From positions 450,001 to 482,000 of the forward strand of contig NZ_CP059199.1 of assembly GCF_014251775.1 (NCBI RefSeq): a DNA stretch of 32,000 nt. The letters run 5' to 3'. The translations under genes and the position numbers were made by a program. This document shows positions 25,537 to 32,000 of the stretch, piece after piece; positions within the stretch are counted from its first letter, which is position 1; each line of letters begins with the position of its first letter. Source of the DNA: Candidatus Saccharimonadota bacterium (GTDB lineage Bacteria > Bacteroidota > Bacteroidia > Flavobacteriales > Blattabacteriaceae). Below the pieces are notes generated by a model. The model ran no database searches and was not told the origin of the DNA. It saw only the letters and a list, made by a program, of their open reading frames with translations.

Positions 25537-26907
25537 TTAATTTTTTATTACCATAGTTTTCCAATTAGAAAATTCTTTAATAGAGTAAATAGATAATTCT
25601 CTTCCATATCCAGATTTTTTTATTCCTCCAAATGGAATTCTAGGATCTGATTTTACTATTTGATTAATAAAAATCATACCTGTATCTATATCCTTAGATA
25701 AGGATTTAGCTTTATTTATATCACTTGTCCAAATAGATGCTCCTAATCCATATATGGTTTTATTTACAATGGAAGATATTTCTTCTTCTTTTGAAAAGGG
25801 AATGATAGTTGCAATAGGACCAAATATTTCTTCTTGATTATACATTATATCTTTTTTATTTATTCTTAATAAAGAAGGAGAAAAATAATTACCATCTTTA
25901 ATTGTTTTTAAACATATTTTTCCTCCATTACATATAATATTTTTATATTGTTTATATAATTTATCCGATAAATCAGATCTAGAAATATAACCAATTTTTG
26001 TTGATTCATCATATAAATCACCTCTTATAAAAGTATTCATTTCATTTATAACTAAATCAATAAAATCATCAATTATTGAAACATCTATAATAAATCTTTT
26101 TGCCGAAATACAAGTTTGTCCTGTATTATCTAATCTAGATTCTGTAGCAATTTTTGCAATTTTTTTAATATTTTTAACATCTTTTAATACAATAAAAGCA
26201 TCATTTCCTCCTAATTCTAGGATAGATTTTTTTATATATTTTCCAGATAATGATCCTATAGATTTTCCTGATAATGTACTTCCGGTAAAAGATATACCCT
26301 GTACTATATCATTAGATATTACATATTCTACATCATTCGTTTTAATTAATAATATTTGAAAAATTCCTATTGGAAATCCAGATTTTATAAAAATTTCTTC
26401 TAAAACAATAGAAGATCCTGCAGTATTCAAAGCTGGCTTTATCAAAACTACATTACCTAATATTAAATTAGGAATAGAAGATCTAATTATTTGCCAAATT
26501 GGATAATTCCATGGTGTGATCCCTAATATTGTTCCTATTGGTTCAAATGCAATAAAACAATATTTATTTTCATTTTTTTTTTCAAAAATATTAATATTTT
26601 GAATTAAAAATTCTTCTTTAAGATTACAATAATAATTACACAAATCTAAACTTTTGTTTATCTCTAATTTAGATTGTAATATGGGTTTTCCCATTTCTCT
26701 AGTAATTAATGATGATAGAGTATTTGAATATTTTCTTATATAAGTATATAATTTTTTTATATACATAATTCTTTCTTGGAAAGATAATTTTTTCCATTCG
26801 ATATATGCTTTTAATGATTTATATAATTTAATATCAATTTCTTTTTTAGAAAAAAATCTATATTTTTCTATAATTTTATTATCTACTGGATTGATAGTAT
26901 GAAACAT
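25537..26907 (-). CDS. NAD(P)-dependent aldehyde dehydrogenase (succinate-semialdehyde dehydrogenase-like)
   Basis: 456 aa. Motifs: FTGSTLSGKSIG, catalytic Glu in LELGGNDA, catalytic Cys in GQTCISAKR, EEIFGPI, and PFGGIKKSGYGRE. Substrate specificity cannot be read from the sequence. Confidence 0.85.
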   Translation of the reverse strand: MFHTINPVDNKIIEKYRFFSKKEIDIKLYKSLKAYIEWKKLSFQERIMYIKKLYTYIRKYSNTLSSLITREMGKPILQSKLEINKSLDLCNYYCNLKEEFLIQNINIFEKKNENKYCFIAFEPIGTILGITPWNYPIWQIIRSSIPNLILGNVVLIKPALNTAGSSIVLEEIFIKSGFPIGIFQILLIKTNDVEYVISNDIVQGISFTGSTLSGKSIGSLSGKYIKKSILELGGNDAFIVLKDVKNIKKIAKIATESRLDNTGQTCISAKRFIIDVSIIDDFIDLVINEMNTFIRGDLYDESTKIGYISRSDLSDKLYKQYKNIICNGGKICLKTIKDGNYFSPSLLRINKKDIMYNQEEIFGPIATIIPFSKEEEISSIVNKTIYGLGASIWTSDINKAKSLSKDIDTGMIFINQIVKSDPRIPFGGIKKSGYGRELSIYSIKEFSNWKTMVIKN

Positions 26908-26910
26908 AAA

Positions 26911-27348
26911 TTATTTCTCTATTCTTAAATAATTATTATAATGATTAGCAAATAATTTTATTTTTTCTAATAATAATATTAAACCATTCGCTCTAATTGG
27001 AGATAAAAAATCTATTAGTCCTATATCGTAAATTATTTTATTATCAGACATTATAATTTCATTAGGATATACACCTGAATATAAATTAGCCATTAACGCT
27101 GCCATTCCTTTAGGAATAATAGCATCACTATCCACCTCAAAAAATATACGATTTTTTTCTAATTTAGCATCAATCCATATTCTAGATTGACATCCATCAA
27201 TTAATCGATCATTAGATCTAAATTTTTTTGATTTTTTCTCTATCTCTTCTCCCAAAGAGATTAAATATTGATATTTATCTTCCCAATTATAAAGAGATTT
27301 GAATTCATCTTTTATTATTTTTTCTTTTTCTTTTAATAATAAATTCAT
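26911..27348 (-). CDS. sufE: Cysteine desulfuration (sulfur acceptor) protein SufE
   Basis: 145 aa. The conserved acceptor Cys lies in LIDGCQSRIW, followed by DSDAIIPKGMAALM, typical of the SufE/CsdE family. Confidence 0.85.
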   Translation of the reverse strand: MNLLLKEKEKIIKDEFKSLYNWEDKYQYLISLGEEIEKKSKKFRSNDRLIDGCQSRIWIDAKLEKNRIFFEVDSDAIIPKGMAALMANLYSGVYPNEIIMSDNKIIYDIGLIDFLSPIRANGLILLLEKIKLFANHYNNYLRIEK

Positions 27349-27356
27349 AAAATTAT

Positions 27357-29663
27357 TTAATCAGATAATTTTATTCTTGCTAATTTTGCAGCTTCTGTCA
27401 TATTTTTTATAGATTTAAAAACTTCTTTCCATTTTCTAGTTTTTAATCCACAATCAGGATTAATCCAAATATTTCTTATAGGTAATAAATTAGAAGATTC
27501 TTGAATTAATTTAAAAATTTCCTCTTTAGTGGGGATTCTAGGTGAATGAATATCGTAAACCCCTGGTCCTATTTCATTGGGATAAGAAAAATTAGAAAAA
27601 ATCTTTAAAAGATCCATATTTGATCTAGAATTTTCTATAGTGATTACATCAGCATCTAACTCAGATATTTCTTCAATTATATCATTAAATTCACTATAAC
27701 ACATATGTGTATGGATTTGTGTATCATCCTTAACACCGCTTGAAGCAATACGAAATGCATTAATTGACCAATTAAAATAATAATTCCAATTTTTCTTTTT
27801 TAAAGGCAACCCTTCTCTCAAAGCTGGTTCATCTATTTGAATTATTTTTATTCCTGATCTTTCCAAAGATAAAACTTCATCTCTTATTGCCCATGCTATT
27901 TGATAAGCAGTTTTAAAAATAGGTTGATCATCTCTTACAAAAGACCATTTTAATATAGTTACTGGACCAGTTAACATCCCTTTTACAAATTTATTTGTTT
28001 TAGATTGTGCATAACAAATCCAATTTGTTGTCATATCATCAGTCCGACTAACATCTCCATAAATAATTGGAGGTTTTACACATCTACTACCATAACTTTG
28101 TACCCAACCATGTTTAGTTGAAAGTATTCCATTTAACTTATCAGAAAAAAATTCTACCATATCATTTCTTTCAAATTCTCCATGAACTAAAACATCTAAA
28201 TTAAGATCTTCTTGTTTTTTTATAACATATGAAATAAGTTTTTTAATTTCTTTTTCGTATCTATTTTTAGATAATTCTTTTTTTTTAAATTTATTTCTTA
28301 AAGATCTTAACTCTTTTGTTTGGGGAAAAGAACCGATAGTTGTTGTTGGAAATAAAGGAAGATTAAATCTTTTTTGCTGTTTTTTTTGTCGTATGCTAAA
28401 GCTACTTTTTCTTTTTATATCTTTTTCTTGAAAATCAGAATATTCATTTTTAACTTTTTTATTATGAATAATATTTGATTGATCTAACTTATCCACTAAA
28501 TAAGAATTTTTTAATAAAATAGATCTTTCTCCTTTTATGATTTTTTCTAAATCACTTAATTCGTCAATCTTCTGTTTAGCAAATGACATTTTATTTTTAA
28601 TATCTATATGAATAGATTTTTCTTTATCTAAATCAATTGGAACATGTAATAAAGAACAATTTGGAGAAATCATTAATCTATCCATTCCTATTGAATTTAT
28701 GACTTTTTTTATATTTCTAATCGAATTAGAATATCTATTTTTCCATATATTTCTTCCATCAACAATACCTAAAGACAGTATAGTTTCTGATTTTTTAATC
28801 AAAGATAAAATTTCATCCAGTTGATTAGGATCTTCTATTAAATCTATATGTATTGCATGAATACGATCAATAATATTTTTTAAAATAGATATATTGTCTA
28901 ATAATCCACCAAAATAAGTAGTTAATAATATTTTTATATCTAAATTAGAAAATACATCATAAATTTTTTCATAAGAATATTTAAAAGATTTTTTTTCAAG
29001 ATCTGACAAATCCAATGATAATATTGGTTCATCTAATTGAATCCATTTTATTCCTGTTTTTACTAATTTCTTAATAAGATCTATGTAAAAAAATGTTATC
29101 TTATCAATTAAATCCATTTTATGAAACGATTCATCTTTTTCTTTTCCTAAATAAAGATAAGTTACAGGACCTATTAAAACTGGTTTAATTTTATCTGATG
29201 AATTTAAAATATTATTTAATTCATCTATTTCACTAAAAATTTTATTTGAATTTATAAAAAATTTCTGATCTTTAGTAAATTCAGGAACTATATAATGATA
29301 ATTGGTATTAAACCACTTAGTCATCTCCATAGCTTTAATATCCCATTCATTATCTTGATATCCTCTAGCCATTGAAAAATATAAATCGATAAAATTATTA
29401 AATTTAGGATCTAAATATATTTTAGGAATTACACCCATCAAAAAAGATAAATCTAAAACATGATCATAAAAACTAAAATCATTACATGTAATTAAATCTA
29501 AACCGGAATTTATCTGAAAATTCCAATTTTGAAATCTTATTTTTCTACCTATTTCGAATAATTGATTACAATCAATATTATTTGACCAATATAATTCACT
29601 AGCTTTTTTTAACTCCCTATTTATTCCTATACGAGGAAATCCCAAATTATGTTTCCACATCAT
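27357..29663 (-). CDS. metE: Cobalamin-independent methionine synthase
   Basis: 768 aa. Motifs: HNLGFPRIG, the N-terminal and C-terminal (beta-alpha)8 duplication, TTTIGSFPQT, and the Zn ligands HTHMCYS, ENSRS and NPDCGLKTR. Confidence 0.95.
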   Translation of the reverse strand: MMWKHNLGFPRIGINRELKKASELYWSNNIDCNQLFEIGRKIRFQNWNFQINSGLDLITCNDFSFYDHVLDLSFLMGVIPKIYLDPKFNNFIDLYFSMARGYQDNEWDIKAMEMTKWFNTNYHYIVPEFTKDQKFFINSNKIFSEIDELNNILNSSDKIKPVLIGPVTYLYLGKEKDESFHKMDLIDKITFFYIDLIKKLVKTGIKWIQLDEPILSLDLSDLEKKSFKYSYEKIYDVFSNLDIKILLTTYFGGLLDNISILKNIIDRIHAIHIDLIEDPNQLDEILSLIKKSETILSLGIVDGRNIWKNRYSNSIRNIKKVINSIGMDRLMISPNCSLLHVPIDLDKEKSIHIDIKNKMSFAKQKIDELSDLEKIIKGERSILLKNSYLVDKLDQSNIIHNKKVKNEYSDFQEKDIKRKSSFSIRQKKQQKRFNLPLFPTTTIGSFPQTKELRSLRNKFKKKELSKNRYEKEIKKLISYVIKKQEDLNLDVLVHGEFERNDMVEFFSDKLNGILSTKHGWVQSYGSRCVKPPIIYGDVSRTDDMTTNWICYAQSKTNKFVKGMLTGPVTILKWSFVRDDQPIFKTAYQIAWAIRDEVLSLERSGIKIIQIDEPALREGLPLKKKNWNYYFNWSINAFRIASSGVKDDTQIHTHMCYSEFNDIIEEISELDADVITIENSRSNMDLLKIFSNFSYPNEIGPGVYDIHSPRIPTKEEIFKLIQESSNLLPIRNIWINPDCGLKTRKWKEVFKSIKNMTEAAKLARIKLSD

Positions 29664-29666
29664 TAT

Positions 29667-30902
29667 TCACCAATTTTTTGATATTTTATTATACGAAGAA
29701 TTATATAAATATTCTAATATTTCTTTATCTAAAATAGAAAATTTTTTATTCCTCCTTTTCATAACAATCTCAGCAGTTTCACATAATTTTTTAAATAAAA
29801 TTTTTTTATTAATTTGTATTCCCCCCAAAGAAAAAGAAGGAATGTATCTAGGTGGAAATCCATATCCAAATATGTTTGTTCCAACTCCTATTATAGTAGC
29901 AGTATTAAATTGAGTATTAATAGATGATTTAGAATGATCTCCCATTATTATCCCAAAAAATTGTACATTTGTAGATATAAATTTTTCTTCTTTATAATTC
30001 CAAACTGTTACTTTGCAATAATCATTTCTTAAATTTGATATATTTGTTCCAGCTCCTAAATTACACCATTCTCCTACAATAGAATCTCCTATAAATCCAT
30101 CATGAACTTTATTAGAATAAGAAAAAAATATAGAATTTTTTATTTCTCCTCCTATCTTACAAAATGGACTTATTGTAGTTCCCCCATATATTTTAGTTCC
30201 TATTTTAATAATAGATTTTTTTCCAATATAAACTGGTCCTTTTATTACAGTTCCTTCCATAAGATCTACTTGTTTTTCAATATAAATAGGACCGGAATTA
30301 GCATCTAATACAACTTTATTAGTCTTTATATCATCTTCTAAAAAGATATTTTTTTTATTTAAAATTAAATTATCTCCCAATAAAGAATAAGATTTTTTCC
30401 ATTTTGTTAATAGAAAATAATCCTCATTTAGAATGAATGAATTTTTTATAAAAAAATCCCATATATTTTTAATATAAATGATTTCTTTTATTTCGTGGAT
30501 CTTTTTAAAATTATTTCCAATTTTTGAAAAAAAATTACTCTTTTTATAATCCCCATAAGAAATTATTTTTTTTTTTATAGCTATAATCTTTTTCTTAAAT
30601 GAAATTGCTTCATTATCATTAATAGAAAAAATTTTATCAATTAATTCTATATTAGGAATATAAGAGGAATTAACTAATAAAATATTTGAAAAAAAATTAT
30701 TATCTAAATCTAGATTTAATAAAGAAAATTTTTTTTGAAGAAATGGAATAGTAAAAATTTCATTTATTTTTTGACCTAAAAATTTTTCCCATCGTTCTTT
30801 TATAGTAAGAATTCCAAAACGAATTTCTGATATTGGTCTAGTAAAAGTTAATGGTAATAAATTTTTCCATATGACTACATCATCATATAATATAAAATTC
30901 AT
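29667..30902 (-). CDS. Bacteroidetes-type putative sugar-phosphate nucleotidyltransferase with C-terminal left-handed beta-helix (alternative GlmU-like; often annotated glucose-1-phosphate thymidylyltransferase)
   Basis: 411 aa. The N-terminus LLPLTFTRPISEIRFGILTIKERWE lacks the canonical GxGxR loop but matches my recollection of the Bacteroidetes family. The C-terminal half shows hexapeptide-repeat periodicity (IGKKSIIKIGTKIYGGTTISPFCKIGGEIKNSIF...IGDSIVGEWCNLGAGTNISN). TGA stop. Confidence 0.7.
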   Translation of the reverse strand: MNFILYDDVVIWKNLLPLTFTRPISEIRFGILTIKERWEKFLGQKINEIFTIPFLQKKFSLLNLDLDNNFFSNILLVNSSYIPNIELIDKIFSINDNEAISFKKKIIAIKKKIISYGDYKKSNFFSKIGNNFKKIHEIKEIIYIKNIWDFFIKNSFILNEDYFLLTKWKKSYSLLGDNLILNKKNIFLEDDIKTNKVVLDANSGPIYIEKQVDLMEGTVIKGPVYIGKKSIIKIGTKIYGGTTISPFCKIGGEIKNSIFFSYSNKVHDGFIGDSIVGEWCNLGAGTNISNLRNDYCKVTVWNYKEEKFISTNVQFFGIIMGDHSKSSINTQFNTATIIGVGTNIFGYGFPPRYIPSFSLGGIQINKKILFKKLCETAEIVMKRRNKKFSILDKEILEYLYNSSYNKISKNW

Positions 30903-31171
30903 TATTTCTTATCTATTTTTTTTATGTTATATTTTTCGTATTTCTTCTTAAATTTTTCAGCAGGTCCAGTTTTTCCTAGAAATCTTTTTTCTCCTGTGAA
31001 AAATGGATGAGAATAACTAGATATTTCCATTTTATATAAAGGATAAATTCTATCTCCTATTTTTATGGATTCTTTTGTTCTTACAGTTGATCTACTAATA
31101 AAAATTTTTTCGTTATTAATATCTTTAAAAACAACAATTCTATAATCTTTTGGATGTATTTTTTTCTTCAT
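30902..31171 (-). CDS. rpmE2: 50S ribosomal protein L31, type B (non-zinc form)
   Basis: 89 aa. MKKKIHPKDYRIVVFKD...SSYSHPFFTGEKRF has no CxxC zinc knuckle. The stop TAA shares 1 nt with the ATG of the downstream gene (TAATG). Confidence 0.88.
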   Translation of the reverse strand: MKKKIHPKDYRIVVFKDINNEKIFISRSTVRTKESIKIGDRIYPLYKMEISSYSHPFFTGEKRFLGKTGPAEKFKKKYEKYNIKKIDKK

Positions 31172-31174
31172 AAA

Positions 31175-32000
31175 TTAATTTTTTTTTGGAAAACGATAAA
31201 TTATTCCATTAATATTCATACTCGCACCTAACGCACCCATTAATATAATATCTCCAGGATAAATTTTATGAGGGAACAATTTATTCTTTAAAATCAAATC
31301 TAACAAAGTAGGTATAGTAGCTACAGAAGAATTTCCTAACTTTTGTACAGTCATAGGAAGAATTTTTTTTAAGAAATTACTATCTGAATAATTATATAAT
31401 TTTAGTAATCTTTTAATTATTGCATAATCCATTTTAGCATTAGCTTGATGAATGAGTATTTTTTTTATATCTTTTAAATGTAAATTTGTTTGATCAATAA
31501 TATTTTTTAACATAATAGGAACTTCTTTTAATGCATATTCATAAATTTTTCTTCCATTCATCCTAATATTTATTAAAGATTTAGTGTATTTAGAATTTAA
31601 GGAATGTCCATTGGATAAATAATATAATTCATTAGTATTATCACATTGACTATCATAATTAATTATTCCAAATTGTTCTTTTTCATTAAAATCAATAGCT
31701 GATAAGATAACTGCACCAGCACCATCAGAAAATATCATTGAATTTTTATCGTATGGATCAACAACATTGGATAATGTTTCTGATCCAGTAATTAATATAT
31801 TTTTAGCATATTTAGAACGTAAAAGTTGATCTGCTAATATCATACCTTCTATCCATCCGGTACAACCAAAAATCATATCATATGGCCGGCATTTTTTATT
31901 TTTTATTTGAAGTTTATTTTTAACTTTAGCTGCCACTGAAGGAACAAAATTAGATTGATAAGTAATTGGATTCACATCACCATAATTATGAGCAGATATA
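31175..32000 (-). CDS. fabH: 3-oxoacyl-ACP synthase III (partial, N-terminus beyond the window's right edge)
   Basis: The catalytic triad contexts are FGCTGW (Cys), IHQANAKM (His) and KLGNSSVATIP (Asn). The track's start at 31975 is an internal GTG. The frame stays open to position 32000 (…ISAHNYGDVNPITYQ…). Confidence 0.88.
   Translation of the reverse strand, partial: ISAHNYGDVNPITYQSNFVPSVAAKVKNKLQIKNKKCRPYDMIFGCTGWIEGMILADQLLRSKYAKNILITGSETLSNVVDPYDKNSMIFSDGAGAVILSAIDFNEKEQFGIINYDSQCDNTNELYYLSNGHSLNSKYTKSLINIRMNGRKIYEYALKEVPIMLKNIIDQTNLHLKDIKKILIHQANAKMDYAIIKRLLKLYNYSDSNFLKKILPMTVQKLGNSSVATIPTLLDLILKNKLFPHKIYPGDIILMGALGASMNINGIIYRFPKKN

Noticed and set aside
30102-30308. 68-aa plus-strand ORF inside the GlmU-like gene
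   Set aside because: It is antisense to the hexapeptide-repeat region, with a S/F/Y-rich low-complexity translation.
1-32000. Search for a novel defence, toxin, secretion or mobile system, CRISPR arrays, integrases, or long direct or inverted repeats
   Set aside because: Every ORF of 130 aa or more has a confident housekeeping assignment, apart from two enzymes of uncertain specificity. No repeat-spacer periodicity, transposase or integrase motifs, or unexplained multi-gene cluster was seen. Claiming a new system here would be unsupported.

Overview
This window is very AT-rich (by eye well under 30% GC, not computed) and roughly 95% coding. It has very short or absent intergenic spacers, Lys/Asn/Ile-rich proteins, no Shine-Dalgarno-like motifs, and no mobile elements, CRISPR arrays, rRNA or defence genes. 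The content is core housekeeping of a reduced-genome Flavobacteriales insect endosymbiont. The mix of retained peptidoglycan genes (murA, ddl), glutamate dehydrogenase, metE, feoAB, mgtE and rpoN, plus Bacteroidetes hallmarks (asnS-rpoN adjacency, L31 type B, an alternative GlmU-like nucleotidyltransferase), fits Blattabacterium or a close relative best; this is an inference and no search was run.

Gene order:
- Minus strand: ribD' (partial), aroE, rpsU, tRNA-Val(GAC).
- Plus strand: recG, uvrD-like helicase, murA, greA, HIT protein, alpha/beta hydrolase, 5-formyl-THF cyclo-ligase.
- Alternating strands: rseP (-), feoA-feoB (+), ddl (-), rluD (+), mgtE (-).
- Plus strand: leuS, gdh, pyrH, frr, asnS, rpoN.
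- Minus strand: aldehyde dehydrogenase, sufE, metE, GlmU-like nucleotidyltransferase, rpmE2, fabH' (partial).

I found no convincing novel multi-gene system. The observations most worth follow-up are:
1. LeuRS keeps a near-full-length CP1 editing domain, but the catalytic Thr-rich and Asp motifs are substituted, which predicts loss of editing.
2. The glutamate dehydrogenase is strikingly animal GLUD1-like and carries an insertion where the antenna sits.
3. A 289-bp non-coding spacer, unusually long for this window, contains a 12-bp hairpin.
4. An uncharacterised alternative GlmU-like enzyme is retained.
5. sigma-54 is retained with no recognisable -24/-12 promoter in the window.

All functional calls rest on motif recognition by eye. 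No database search was run.
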